From contig BEHE01000004.1 in the NCBI GenBank assembly GCA_002898395.1, positions 52,181-116,180 of the forward strand: a DNA stretch of 64,000 bases. The letters run 5' to 3'. Below the pieces are notes generated by a model. It searched no databases, was not told the DNA's origin, and saw only the letters and a program-made list of their open reading frames with translations. The position numbers were made by a program, and so were the translations under genes. This stretch comes from Candidatus Calditenuaceae archaeon HR02 (GTDB taxonomy: Archaea; Thermoproteota; Nitrososphaeria_A; Caldarchaeales; Calditenuaceae). Of the stretch, positions 29,106 through 39,340 are shown piece by piece (positions within the stretch are counted from its first letter, which is position 1; each line of letters opens with the position of its first letter).

Positions 29106-30272
29106 ATGAGGCGCGTCGCAGTTATTGGGGTGGGGCACAGCAGGTTTGGTGATAGACAGGATGTCAATGTTAAAGAACTTGCATTCGAGTCAGTTAAGCC
29201 CGCTCTCGAGGATGCGGGACTAACTCCCAAAGACATACCCTATGTTACTGTCGGCTCTATCGGGGTATGGTATGAAGAGCCCCTACCGGCCGTCGCTATT
29301 GCCGAGTATTGTGGACTGACAGGCGCAGGTCTTGTCAGGGTTGAGGCGGCATGTGCAACTGGTAGTGCGGCCGTATACTCCGCATACACAGCAATAGCCA
29401 GCGGGGCTGTTGATTTAGCACTGGTTGTTGGGGTTGAGAAGATGAGGGAGGTGGATACATCCCTGGCTGTCGAGTTGATAGGGCGCGCGGGATCGTATCT
29501 ATGGGAGTTTGAATACTTCGGCATGACCTTCCCAAGCTACTATGCGCTGTACGCTACAGCCTATATGAATAGGTATGGCGCAACAGAGGAGGACCTAGCG
29601 CTAGTTGCTGTCAAGAATCACAAGTATGCTGCCCTAAATCCGCTTGCACACTTACAGAAGGAAATCAGCGTCGAGGATGTCTTGTCGTCCTATATGATTT
29701 CTTGGCCGCTAAAGCTCTATGACTGCTCCCCAATCACCGATGGGAGTGCCGCCCTTGTACTCGCTTCAGAGGAGAAAGTAAGGGAACTCAGGGTTGACAC
29801 ACCAGTATGGATAGCAGGTGTAGGATATTCCTCAGGGTCAAGCACCCTCTCCCAGAGGAGTGACTTTTTAGGCTTGGACGCTGCAGTGAAGGCTTCTCAA
29901 ATGGCGTATAGGATAGCTGGTGTCAGGCCTGACCAGATAGACTCAGCCAACGTTCACGACTGTTTCACAATAGCTGAGCTCTTAGCGTATGAGGACTTGG
30001 GATTCTGCAGAAGAGGCGAAGGAGTCAAGATGATTAGGGACGGGGAGACCGAGATAGGCGGCAGGATTCCTGTTAACGTGGATGGCGGGTTGAAGGCGAA
30101 GGGGCATCCAATAGGTGCTACGGGGGTCTCTATGATAGTTGAGCAGACCAAGCAGCTAAGGGAAGAGGTTAAACCGTCTGCGCGCCAAGCACCTATGAAG
30201 AACTACATAGCACTGACACACAACGTAGGCGGGACTGGCCACTACTGCTACGTGACCGTCCTTAAGAGGTGA
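29106..30272 (+). CDS. Thiolase (archaeal SCP2-thiolase-like)
   Basis: VEAACATG, CSPITDG, HDCF, GHPIGATG, HNVGG. Start placed at ATG 29106. Confidence 0.93.
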   Translation: MRRVAVIGVGHSRFGDRQDVNVKELAFESVKPALEDAGLTPKDIPYVTVGSIGVWYEEPLPAVAIAEYCGLTGAGLVRVEAACATGSAAVYSAYTAIASGAVDLALVVGVEKMREVDTSLAVELIGRAGSYLWEFEYFGMTFPSYYALYATAYMNRYGATEEDLALVAVKNHKYAALNPLAHLQKEISVEDVLSSYMISWPLKLYDCSPITDGSAALVLASEEKVRELRVDTPVWIAGVGYSSGSSTLSQRSDFLGLDAAVKASQMAYRIAGVRPDQIDSANVHDCFTIAELLAYEDLGFCRRGEGVKMIRDGETEIGGRIPVNVDGGLKAKGHPIGATGVSMIVEQTKQLREEVKPSARQAPMKNYIALTHNVGGTGHYCYVTVLKR

Positions 30273-30281
30273 GAGTAGAGC

Positions 30282-30722
30282 ATGTCTGGACTGCCAGTAA
30301 TAAAATCGCGTAAGCTCGAGATAACATACAATATTCCCATCAGCAAAACCGTACGGTTCTGGGAGGGTTTGAAGGAGGGTAAGATCCTGGCGACGAGATG
30401 TAGGAACTGTGGAAAACTCCACTTCCCCCCAGCTGCAGATTGCAGCCAATGCTACTCCTCTGATATGGAATGGGTCGAGCTGAGCGGGGAGGGAAGGCTC
30501 GTCACCTATACTCACGTTATAGTCAGGCCCAAGAGCTTCCAGGAAGAACAGCCCTACACGGTCGGTATAGCCGAGCTCAAGGAGGGTGTAAAGGTGCTCG
30601 CATGGCTAACAGACGTCAAGAGAAAGGACATCAAGATTGGCATGGAATTGAAAATGGTCCCAAAACAGCTACCAGACGGAAGGATAGCTTACGTCTTTAA
30701 GCCGTTAACAACAAGGGAGTAG
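30282..30722 (+). CDS. DUF35 Zn-ribbon/OB-fold thiolase partner
   Basis: FWEGLKEGK..CRNCG..FPP..CSQC followed by an OB-fold. Directly follows the thiolase. Confidence 0.92.
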   Translation: MSGLPVIKSRKLEITYNIPISKTVRFWEGLKEGKILATRCRNCGKLHFPPAADCSQCYSSDMEWVELSGEGRLVTYTHVIVRPKSFQEEQPYTVGIAELKEGVKVLAWLTDVKRKDIKIGMELKMVPKQLPDGRIAYVFKPLTTRE

Positions 30723-30784
30723 CAGAACAGTGGGACTAAGACGTATATATCTGTACGCGTTTATCATTATCGCGGTGGGCGTTA

Positions 30785-31975
30785 TTGTTGGATGAGGTTA
30801 GGAAAGTGGCTGTTATTGGCGCTGGGATGATGGGGCACGGCATAGCTCAAGTCTTTGCTATGAGGGGGTATGAGGTGAATCTGCTTGACATTAGTGAGGA
30901 TATTTTGAGGAAGGCGATGCAGAATATTGAATGGAGCTTAGGGAAGTTTGTAGAGAAGAAGAGGATTAGGAGGGAGGATGCCGATGCCGCACTATCAAGG
31001 ATAAAGCCAACCATCTCCTATGAGGCGGGTGTTGGTAACGTTGACCTCGTCATAGAGGCTGTTCCCGAGAAGATGGATTTGAAGAAGAAGATATTCAGTA
31101 CAGTAGACAAGATTGCCCCCCCTCACGCGATACTAGTATCCAACACCTCCACCCTCAGCATAAGCGAGATGGGCGAGGCTACTAGTAGGCCCGACAAAGT
31201 CGCCGGAATGCACTGGTTTAACCCGCCCCAGCTCATGAACCTCATCGAGGTGGTTAAGGGCGACAAGACTAGCCAAGAAACCATCGATAAGATAATCGCC
31301 CTAAGTAAGGCTCTGGGCAAGACGCCCATCCTCTGCAAGAAGGATGCACGCGGGTTTATTGTTAACCGGGTCCTAGGCCAGGTCTTTAATGAGGCTTTCT
31401 GGGCCTACCATAGGGGTGAAGCGAGTATGGAGGGGATAGACGCGTCTATCAAGTATACTGGAGGTTTCCCGATGGGCTGGTTTGAGCTTTGCGACTTCGT
31501 CGGACTGGACATTGCATACGAGGTCGGAAATGTACTTTACCAGGCGTATGGTGAAAGGTTTAAGCCCTGCTCAGAAGTTATTGAACCACTCGTCAAGCAA
31601 GGGAAGCTAGGCCAGAAGGCAGGCGGAGGATTTTATGACTGGTCGAAGGGCAGGCCTCGCATCCGCTTCGAGCTCTCCGACGAGTATGATGTGGAGAGGT
31701 CTTGGGCGGTTGCTGTTAATGAGGCGGCGTGGCTAATCCAGGAAGATGTAGCTGACCCTGAAAGCATCGACACAGGAATGAAGCTGGGGACGGCGTGGCC
31801 TATGGGGCCGTGTGAATACGCAGACAAAAAGGGAATAGACATAGTAATTCAGAAATTGGAGGAGCTCTACAAGAGATTTGGGATGGAGATGTATTCACCG
31901 TGCCCCCTTCTGAAGGAATATCTCACCAATAGGTGGCTAGGAAAGAAAACAGGTAGAGGATTTTACCAGTATTGA
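30785..31975 (+). CDS. 3-hydroxyacyl-CoA dehydrogenase (duplicated C-terminal domain)
   Basis: GAGMMGHGIA, EAVPE, SNTS, GMHWFNPP, GFIVNR, GKKTGRGFY. Confidence 0.95.
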   Translation: MLDEVRKVAVIGAGMMGHGIAQVFAMRGYEVNLLDISEDILRKAMQNIEWSLGKFVEKKRIRREDADAALSRIKPTISYEAGVGNVDLVIEAVPEKMDLKKKIFSTVDKIAPPHAILVSNTSTLSISEMGEATSRPDKVAGMHWFNPPQLMNLIEVVKGDKTSQETIDKIIALSKALGKTPILCKKDARGFIVNRVLGQVFNEAFWAYHRGEASMEGIDASIKYTGGFPMGWFELCDFVGLDIAYEVGNVLYQAYGERFKPCSEVIEPLVKQGKLGQKAGGGFYDWSKGRPRIRFELSDEYDVERSWAVAVNEAAWLIQEDVADPESIDTGMKLGTAWPMGPCEYADKKGIDIVIQKLEELYKRFGMEMYSPCPLLKEYLTNRWLGKKTGRGFYQY

Positions 31976-31991
31976 GCAGTTAAGCAGCCCA

Positions 31992-32972
31992 TTATTTCAC
32001 TCCTTTTGCTTCTTTAATTTTCTTTATTAGGGCTGGGACTATCTTGAAGAGGTCGTCAACCACGCCGTAGTGGGCTACGTTGAATATTGGTGCATTAGGG
32101 TCCTTGTTTACTGCAATTATCAACTGGGAGTTCATCATACCCATAATGTGCTGGAATGCCCCGCTGATGCCGAGAGCGATATAGAGCCTTGGTTTGACCG
32201 TCTTGCCTGATGAGCCGACCTGTCTGTCAGGTGGGAGCCAACCCTTATCCACTATTGGCCTTGAACACGCAACTACGCCACCCAGTAGCCTAGCCAGCTC
32301 CTCTGCGAGTGGAATGTTTGTCTTTTCACCTATTCCGCGCCCTATAGCAACTATGATATCTGCAGACTCTATAGACACTCCAGACTCGGCAGGAACAACT
32401 AAGCCCCTAACCCTTACTCTCGCCTTGCCGCCCAGCTCCGGCGGAGCCATCTTCACGACAACGCCCCTTCTTGCTGTCTTGCTCGGACGAAATGCACCTG
32501 CCCTCACAGTCAAGATATAGCCCTCCGCCACTCTAGCACTGACCCTAGCGTTGAGCTTCCCTCCATACATCTGGCGTGTGGCGTAGAGACGTCCATTCGC
32601 GAACTCTACGTCGATGCAGTCTGTGATCAACGGGAATCCCAACTCTACAGCGAGTCTGGGAGCGAGGTCCATTCCCAGCGAGGTGTGCCCCACTACCAAG
32701 ACCCTAGGCCGCCTCTCCCTGAGAATGTGGGATACTACCAGTTGATAATTCTCAGAGTGATATTGTGAGAGCCTCTCATCCTCTGTCAGTAATACAGTGT
32801 CGCAATATTCAGATAGTTGCTCTGCAAGCTTTTCAACCTCGGAGCCTAGGACTAGTGCAGCAACTTTCAAGCCCGTCTTCTCGGCAAGCTTTCTCCCCGC
32901 TGCGAGCGCCTCGAACGTTATCTCGCGGGCCTCTCCACCTCTCTGCTCCGCCAGAACTATAATCTCGCTCAA
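31992..32972 (-). CDS. etfA: Electron transfer flavoprotein alpha subunit
   Basis: GRGIG, SRPIVD, QVGSSGKTVKP, GISGAFQH, AVNKDPNAPIF. Confidence 0.95.
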   Translation of the reverse strand: MSEIIVLAEQRGGEAREITFEALAAGRKLAEKTGLKVAALVLGSEVEKLAEQLSEYCDTVLLTEDERLSQYHSENYQLVVSHILRERRPRVLVVGHTSLGMDLAPRLAVELGFPLITDCIDVEFANGRLYATRQMYGGKLNARVSARVAEGYILTVRAGAFRPSKTARRGVVVKMAPPELGGKARVRVRGLVVPAESGVSIESADIIVAIGRGIGEKTNIPLAEELARLLGGVVACSRPIVDKGWLPPDRQVGSSGKTVKPRLYIALGISGAFQHIMGMMNSQLIIAVNKDPNAPIFNVAHYGVVDDLFKIVPALIKKIKEAKGVK

Positions 32973-33803
32973 CTACAACAACCCCCTCGCCCTTAAAAGC
33001 TCGATTATCTTCGAAGCCACCTCCTCCGGGCTTCCGCCAACAAACTCGATACGTCTCTCAACCCGCGGAGCATATAGCCCCTCGACACGTATCCAAGGCT
33101 CACCAACCTCCTCCAAACTCAGGCCGAGATCGTCGAGAGACATGACCTTGATCTCCCTCCTCATTGCCATCCTAATCCCGAGCACCGAGACATATCTCAG
33201 CTCAACAATACCTGTCTGGACCGTTATCACCGCCGGCAAGTCAAGCTCTACGACCTCTTCAACACCTCCTTCCAACTCCCTATGGACGACAGCACGGCCA
33301 TCAACTATCTCAATCTTCTTTGCGAGGGTGGCGTGTGGGAGGTTAAGGTATTGGGCTATGGCTGGCCCCGTTATGGCGTAGCCATCGTCGTTTGCCTGAA
33401 CACCTGTGAGTATCAGGTCGAATGACGTCTTTTTTGCGGCCGCCGAGAGGACTTTAGCGACCGTGAAGGGGTCGTATAGGTTAACTCTAGGGTCTCCTAT
33501 TCTGATGGCCTTGTCGGCCCCCTTGGCAAGGCACCTCCTCAAGACTCTGTCAGCCTCTTCGCCGCCGATAGAAACCGCGGTCACACTCCCACCATGCTTC
33601 TCCCTCAACACGAGTGCGACCTCCAATGCATAGTCATCCCACTCATTTATGTCATAACTCAGGCCTCGTCTCTCTATCTCCCTCCCACTGCTATCAACCT
33701 TCAGCTCCGCAGAGGATACATCGGGGACGTACTTCACACACACAATAATATCCAAACCGAGCCACAACTCCGGCACGGCTACTATCTGTGCCAACAGACC
33801 CAT
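32973..33803 (-). CDS. etfB: Electron transfer flavoprotein beta subunit
   Basis: IIVCVKYVPD, INEWDDYALE, LAKGAD, GVQANDD. True start may be TTG at 33755. Confidence 0.93.
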   Translation of the reverse strand: MGLLAQIVAVPELWLGLDIIVCVKYVPDVSSAELKVDSSGREIERRGLSYDINEWDDYALEVALVLREKHGGSVTAVSIGGEEADRVLRRCLAKGADKAIRIGDPRVNLYDPFTVAKVLSAAAKKTSFDLILTGVQANDDGYAITGPAIAQYLNLPHATLAKKIEIVDGRAVVHRELEGGVEEVVELDLPAVITVQTGIVELRYVSVLGIRMAMRREIKVMSLDDLGLSLEEVGEPWIRVEGLYAPRVERRIEFVGGSPEEVASKIIELLRARGLL

Positions 33804-33848
33804 ATATTGCCAACCGATATAAACCTTAGATTATGGAAGGCTTGGACA

Positions 33849-34931
33849 CTATCCCATCGTAACCGTGACCCCCATGGTCTCAAGCTTTTCGAGGAAGAGG
33901 CGGGTCTCTATGATGGCTTCGGGAGGGAATACGCCCCTCTCCACTATCTGGTCTTGTAGGATTAGGTGTGCGCCCAGTGCGGCTGGAGCTGTGGTGAGTT
34001 TTCGCATCCTGTTTACCGATGCGTAGCTGACCCTCTTCTCACCCCTTTCGATAACTACTTTCACTCCGCTCAAAGCCACCCCACCAGTCCTGAACAAGTC
34101 TTCTATTTTGTTGATAAACTTGGAGAGCTTCTCGACCCTCCACCTGGTAGACGTCAATCCTAGTCTGACAAACAGCTTCGCAAGATCGGTCTGCCACTCC
34201 GGTATAAGACAGCCGCGAATAGTCACCCGCTTCAAGACCCTTAGGTTGCGGGATATTGTTAATGGCTCTGGATGCCCAACGTAGTATAGTTTCAGCTTAC
34301 CAACAACCGGAAACTCAAATGTCACCCTTGAAGAGCCCGCCCTAACCATCGTTATACTCCCGTCGAGAAACATGGGCACTTCGCCTGTCATGGCGTGGAA
34401 AAGATGCATAATTACGGCCAGCCCTCTTGAGTCCGCGGCTGAGCCGAACCATCCTATATCGACAGAGTCGGCCTCACCTCCAAGCTCCTCAACACCCATC
34501 TTGGCCAGTATGTTGGATAGACCCGGCGTCCATCCAAGTCCAGTTATGTATGTGACCCCGTTCTTCATGGCCTGGGCGGAAAGCCCCAAGATCTGCTCAG
34601 CCGCGTCGTGGTCGTCACACAGGTCTATCCCGCTCTTGCCAGCAACAATTAGCGTCTCCGCAATCGCAAAGCCATGCTTATAGAAGGGGCCTATAGCATT
34701 GACTACCACGTCATACCCCTTAACAATATTGGCCAACTTATCCCGAGATGACGCATCAACCCTGACCACCCCAACCTCCCCAATATCCCTGAGCGAATTA
34801 GCTATACTCTGGGCTTTTGCCGTGTTGATATCACCAATATCGACCTGAACCCCCAGCTTCACTAACTCCTCCACCACCCCACTCCCCATATCACCAGCAC
34901 CCCCTAGAACAAGGGCTGAGCCAATTGTCAC
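33849..34931 (-). CDS. Saccharopine-dehydrogenase-like NAD(P)-dependent oxidoreductase
   Basis: GGAGDMG, VNAIGPFY, DLCDD, GLGWTPGLSN, GHPEP, GVFPPE. Confidence 0.88.
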   Translation of the reverse strand: MTIGSALVLGGAGDMGSGVVEELVKLGVQVDIGDINTAKAQSIANSLRDIGEVGVVRVDASSRDKLANIVKGYDVVVNAIGPFYKHGFAIAETLIVAGKSGIDLCDDHDAAEQILGLSAQAMKNGVTYITGLGWTPGLSNILAKMGVEELGGEADSVDIGWFGSAADSRGLAVIMHLFHAMTGEVPMFLDGSITMVRAGSSRVTFEFPVVGKLKLYYVGHPEPLTISRNLRVLKRVTIRGCLIPEWQTDLAKLFVRLGLTSTRWRVEKLSKFINKIEDLFRTGGVALSGVKVVIERGEKRVSYASVNRMRKLTTAPAALGAHLILQDQIVERGVFPPEAIIETRLFLEKLETMGVTVTMG

Positions 34932-35019
34932 GGGATAATCACCGGGTCTAAATTACTTACAATTTTTATAAATCTTTAATGGGACATTATTAATATACCA
35001 GTTAAATAATAAATAGTAG

Positions 35020-36801
35020 TTGGTGGGTTTCTTGGCAAGGTTTTCAGGCGGGGAGATACTGGTCGAGTGCCTCTTGAAGGAAGGTGTGGTGTATGTTTTC
35101 GGGATTCCTGGAGACAGGTGCATTCCCTTCTACGATGCAATCTACAGGATAGGCTCCAAGCGCGGTATGAAGTTTGTGATGACGCGGCATGAGCAGGCGG
35201 CCGCGCACATGGCAGATGCCTATTACCGAATCACTGGGAAAGTTGCCGTCTGCACCGGGACTGTCGGTCCAGGGGCGGCGGACCTGGTCCCCGGTGTCTA
35301 TGCCGCTTTTGCCGACAGTATACCGATGGTCATAATAACCGCCCAAAACCAAAGCTTCAGAATTTACCCCGAGCACGGAAGTATGCAATCGCTTGACCAG
35401 CACGAGCTGTTCAGGCCAATCACTAAGTGGAGCGCCGTGATAAACCACATATCGAGGATTCCCGAACTGGTTCAGAGGGCTTTTAGAGTTGCGCTAACTG
35501 GAAGGCCAGGGCCAGTCCACCTAGACATCCCATCTGATGTCGTGTTTGGCGAGATAGAGATTGAGCCGGAGAAGAGCATCCACCCACCCCACATGTATAG
35601 GCCCACCCACCCTGTACAGGCCGATACCACTCTCGTTAAAGAGGCCGCCATGATGCTAGCCCACGCCAAGCTTCCACTGATACATGCCGGCGCTGGTGTT
35701 CTCAGGGGTATGGCGTCTGAAGAGCTAAAAGCTCTTGCTGAGCTCTTGAAGGCTCCTGTAGTGACGAGTCTCGCGGGTAGGGGTGCGGTTCCAGAGGACT
35801 CGGAATATTGCCTAATACCCGGTAGTCCGGGAGCGCTTGCTGCACAGTCGATGGCAGACGTCGTGTTGCATGTGGGAGGTAAGCTGGGGGACACCGATAT
35901 GTGGGGGCGCTCTCCCCCCTGGGGGGAGGTTGGGGTACAGAGGTGGATACAGATAGACATTGACCCCGAGATGATAGGCTTGAACAGGCCTGTTGATCTC
36001 GCTCTCGTCGGAGACGCTAAAGCTGTTCTGCGTCAGCTGATTGGGGAGCTTCGGAGTATGCGCGTCGAGCCTGTGAGAGACCTGTCGCAGTTTAGGAGGC
36101 TGACCGAGGAGTGGGAGAGGGGATTCCTTGAGATAGCGCTTACGAGTTCCCATCCTATACATCCGCTTAGAGTTGTCTACGAAGCTAGGAGATTCTTTCC
36201 ACGCGACGCGGTCAGTGTAGTAGACGGAGGAAACACAGCAGTCTGGGCACACTATCTAAACAGGATCTACGAGCCCAACACCTTCCTATGGGCGGCCGAC
36301 TCGGGCCATCTCGGCTCAGGCCTCCCATACGCGATAGCAGCAAAAATCGCTAGGCCGGAGAGACCTGTCTATCTCTTAACCGGTGACGGCGCTTTCATGC
36401 TCAATGTGCAGGAGCTCGAGACGGCGGCGAGGCTCAAAGCAGAGATAGTAGCAATAGTCTTCAACGATGCCCAATGGGGCATGATAAAGGGTGCGCAGAA
36501 ACTATACTTCGGCTCCAGATACATCGGTGTAGACTTTACAGACGTGCGACACGACCTTATCGCCGAGGCCATGGGTTGCATGGGCATACGTGTCGAGAGC
36601 GCAGATGAGCTGAGAGAGGCGCTTGAGGAAGCCGCAACTGCAGGGAAGCCCGCCGTCGTGGATGTCAGGGTTAATAGTGAGGCCAACCTCACTCCGCCGG
36701 ACCTTGAGACGCTTGCCGCCATCTGGCTGGAGGGCTGCGAGCCGCCGGAGAGGGAGTATAAAGAAGAAGAGATAGAGACCGAGGCACAGGCGCCACTCTA
36801 A
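35020..36801 (+). CDS. Thiamine-diphosphate-dependent enzyme (ALS-like/2-hydroxyacyl-CoA lyase-like)
   Basis: RHEQAAA, GPG, GRPGPVHLDIP, GDGAF...ND TPP motif. No ilvN regulatory subunit nearby. Confidence 0.9.
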   Translation: MVGFLARFSGGEILVECLLKEGVVYVFGIPGDRCIPFYDAIYRIGSKRGMKFVMTRHEQAAAHMADAYYRITGKVAVCTGTVGPGAADLVPGVYAAFADSIPMVIITAQNQSFRIYPEHGSMQSLDQHELFRPITKWSAVINHISRIPELVQRAFRVALTGRPGPVHLDIPSDVVFGEIEIEPEKSIHPPHMYRPTHPVQADTTLVKEAAMMLAHAKLPLIHAGAGVLRGMASEELKALAELLKAPVVTSLAGRGAVPEDSEYCLIPGSPGALAAQSMADVVLHVGGKLGDTDMWGRSPPWGEVGVQRWIQIDIDPEMIGLNRPVDLALVGDAKAVLRQLIGELRSMRVEPVRDLSQFRRLTEEWERGFLEIALTSSHPIHPLRVVYEARRFFPRDAVSVVDGGNTAVWAHYLNRIYEPNTFLWAADSGHLGSGLPYAIAAKIARPERPVYLLTGDGAFMLNVQELETAARLKAEIVAIVFNDAQWGMIKGAQKLYFGSRYIGVDFTDVRHDLIAEAMGCMGIRVESADELREALEEAATAGKPAVVDVRVNSEANLTPPDLETLAAIWLEGCEPPEREYKEEEIETEAQAPL

Positions 36802-37838
36802 TACTTCACGAGCACCTTTAAGGCCTTCTTTTTCTCAAAAAGTTCAAATCCCATAGGAACCTTCTCCAAGTCGACCCTATGTGATATTATTCTGCTTGGA
36901 TCAATCTTTCCACTGGCTATAAGTCTCGTTAGTCTCTCTCCGCTCCTTATTGGGTTGCCGATGGAGAAGATAACTCTCTTCTCGGTCAGCCACAGTCCAC
37001 CAACCGGAATATTGTATTCTTGGAGATGAAATCCTACAACCGAGACAGTGCCTTTCTTCCTCACCATGTCGATGGCCGTGCGTAGCGGTTCTACCGTCTT
37101 TCCTACGGCCTCTACAACGATATCAGCTCCTCGCCCATCAGTCATATTCCGAACCTCTTCGGCGGGGTCTACCTCTGATGCGTTAATAGTAGTGAAGCCG
37201 AGAGACCTAGCCATCTCTAACCTCTCTCTTACCATGTCGATAGCTATCACGTGAGAGGCCCCGTAGGTGGCCGCACACATGCCGCTTAACAATCCGATAG
37301 GGCCGCATCCCAAAATAGCTACTATGTCGCCCGGCTCCATACCAGCGTTAATAATTGCGTCGTGTCCTGTCGGAAGGGCATCACTCACCATAACTAGCTT
37401 CTCGTCCGGAACGCCTTCCGGAGCCTTAATCATCACGGTGTCGGCGTATGGAACCCTGACAAGATCTGCGAAAGCACCGTCTAGACTCTCACCATAGGCA
37501 GGGCCCATGCCGAAAATATTCGTATTTTCACACTGGGTATGTAACTGTCTTCGACAAAACCAGCAACTCCCATCAGCAATCCAAGCGGATACTATTACCC
37601 TCTCACCCTCCCTGAAGCGCTTAACGTCTTTACCAACCTTCTCCACCACACCCATAAACTCATGCCCTAAAACCCCTCCCGGCACAACTGTCAGCGCTCC
37701 AGTGTAGACGTGCAGGTCGGTTCCGCAGATAGCTGCCGCCGTAGGCCTCACTAATGCGTCTTCATTAAGCCTAATGGTTGGCTCCGGCGCCTCCTCAACC
37801 CTCAGGTCAAAGGGGCCATACCACTTAACAGCCCGCAT
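36798..37838 (-). CDS. Zn-dependent alcohol dehydrogenase (MDR family)
   Basis: ICGTDLH, GHEFMG, DGSCWFC..C, DALPTG, GCGPIG. Confidence 0.92.
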   Translation of the reverse strand: MRAVKWYGPFDLRVEEAPEPTIRLNEDALVRPTAAAICGTDLHVYTGALTVVPGGVLGHEFMGVVEKVGKDVKRFREGERVIVSAWIADGSCWFCRRQLHTQCENTNIFGMGPAYGESLDGAFADLVRVPYADTVMIKAPEGVPDEKLVMVSDALPTGHDAIINAGMEPGDIVAILGCGPIGLLSGMCAATYGASHVIAIDMVRERLEMARSLGFTTINASEVDPAEEVRNMTDGRGADIVVEAVGKTVEPLRTAIDMVRKKGTVSVVGFHLQEYNIPVGGLWLTEKRVIFSIGNPIRSGERLTRLIASGKIDPSRIISHRVDLEKVPMGFELFEKKKALKVLVKY

Positions 37839-37847
37839 AGAGACACC

Positions 37848-38306
37848 TCAAGCAAGAAACTCGGTGGGCACTTTCTTGATAGCGTTGACGAACGCGGAGG
37901 AGGCCGCCGCATTAGAGAGAAGCTTGGCGACATTACCCTTAACCTTCAGCTGCCCCGTCATTACCGCCACTGTGGGGCTGAGCCTACCTAGTGCCACTTT
38001 TTTCATGACATCATAGGAGCCCATTATCACTATGGGAGCCTCCTTCTCATCCGCCTTCGACAATATCTCAAAACCGCGACACTTCCCGTGATAGAGGTCA
38101 AGCCAAACGGCTACCTGCTCCGTCTTAAAATGCTCTTTAACCGGTGGCGGCAGGCTAGTTATCGCAAGGATAATAGGATCCTCCCAACCCCGGGCAGCCG
38201 ACTCATACTCTTTATCACTGTTCAGAATGTCAACAAACGCCTGAACCCACTCCCTAGAACCGAAAATATAACGGCCACTCACATGGTTAGAGAAAGGTTG
38301 ATCCAA
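37848..38306 (-). CDS. SCP2 sterol/lipid-binding domain protein
   Basis: FGSREWV...WLDLYHGKC...AVMTGQLKVKGNVAKL. Confidence 0.85.
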   Translation of the reverse strand: MDQPFSNHVSGRYIFGSREWVQAFVDILNSDKEYESAARGWEDPIILAITSLPPPVKEHFKTEQVAVWLDLYHGKCRGFEILSKADEKEAPIVIMGSYDVMKKVALGRLSPTVAVMTGQLKVKGNVAKLLSNAAASSAFVNAIKKVPTEFLA

Positions 38307-38395
38307 ATATAAGCTTTAACTCTAAAACTGATATTCTACCCCATAACAAGCTGTGCAACATAGAGGAGTTCAGCATCGCAGCCTACAGCAAATGA

Positions 38396-38979
38396 CCGTC
38401 TTCTTCAAGGGCATACGCAATGCTTCACAAACTACAATTTCACTTAAGCAATTCAGACCTTATGTTGCGTGTCAGGGATCGAGAGTTTGCGGAGGCATTT
38501 GCTGAGGCTCTAAGGAGGATAGGGTTAAGACCATCGATAATATTCAGGGACGGCCGTTACATAGTGAACGCAACATCAACCGAGCTATATTATCTACTAG
38601 ATAGTGGCGAGTGGCGGAAATACATGGACTCCGACCCCGAGGCTAGACTGGGATTCCTCGGGGGCTTCTTGGACGGTGACGGAATAGGGTTGATGCCAGC
38701 CTACGCGAACACCAATGTCGAATTACTTGAATATATCAGACAGCTATTTGCAGAGCTTGGAATAAGGGCGAGTCCGCTGATGCTAATGTCTAAGAAGGGT
38801 AGCAAACGATGAGATTCGAGGAGGCAAATATGGATAGAAAGGACGTTTATGTAATGTAGATCCGCCCCGAGGATTACCAGAGGTTCCTCGACTACGTGGG
38901 AATATCTATAACTAGGAATAATGAGGTATCTCATCGATTTCTCCATAAAGGTGATGTGGCGTTATATGGGGTGAGGTAG
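38396..38979 (+). pseudogene. Free-standing LAGLIDADG homing endonuclease, degraded
   Basis: LRVRDREFAEAF, LGFLGGFLDGDG, ANTNVELL in 38420..38812. The C-terminal part RKDVYVM*IRPEDYQRFLDYVGISITR lies in another frame with an internal TAG. First motif is eroded. Confidence 0.82.
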
Positions 38980-39072
38980 GAGAAATGAAGGTGTGGTGGG
39001 AGATTTGTGAGATTTTGAAGAAAAGTATCGGCAGTAATATGATGAAGCGCAGACGAAAACCCGCCCCCTCCC
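38968..39072 (+). repeat. Repeat A, copy 2 (between the LAGLIDADG pseudogene and the tRNA-Lys 3' end)
   Basis: 95/105 identity to the reverse complement of 19705..19809. Confidence 0.93.
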
Positions 39073-39121
39073 CCCTTATCCCCTCATACCTACCACATTG
39101 AAAAATCCATAGTTTTTAAAT

Positions 39122-39196
<75 letters not shown>

Positions 39197-39340
39197 ACAT
39201 ATTCTGGCTTGGAGTTCCGTGGATTTAACGTTATGTATCTGCGGGGAGAGCATGTTAGTTTTGCGTCTTTTACACGCTCTGTGGTAGGGGTTTCGTGGGT
39301 GGTCTTTTATATGGTGGTTCTTGTTTCTCTGCATGGATGG

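Noticed and set aside
39209-39340. Hydrophobic N-terminal extension of HisRS in the ORF track
   Set aside because: It overlaps the tRNA-Lys/hisS divergent promoter region. Homology starts near 39341.
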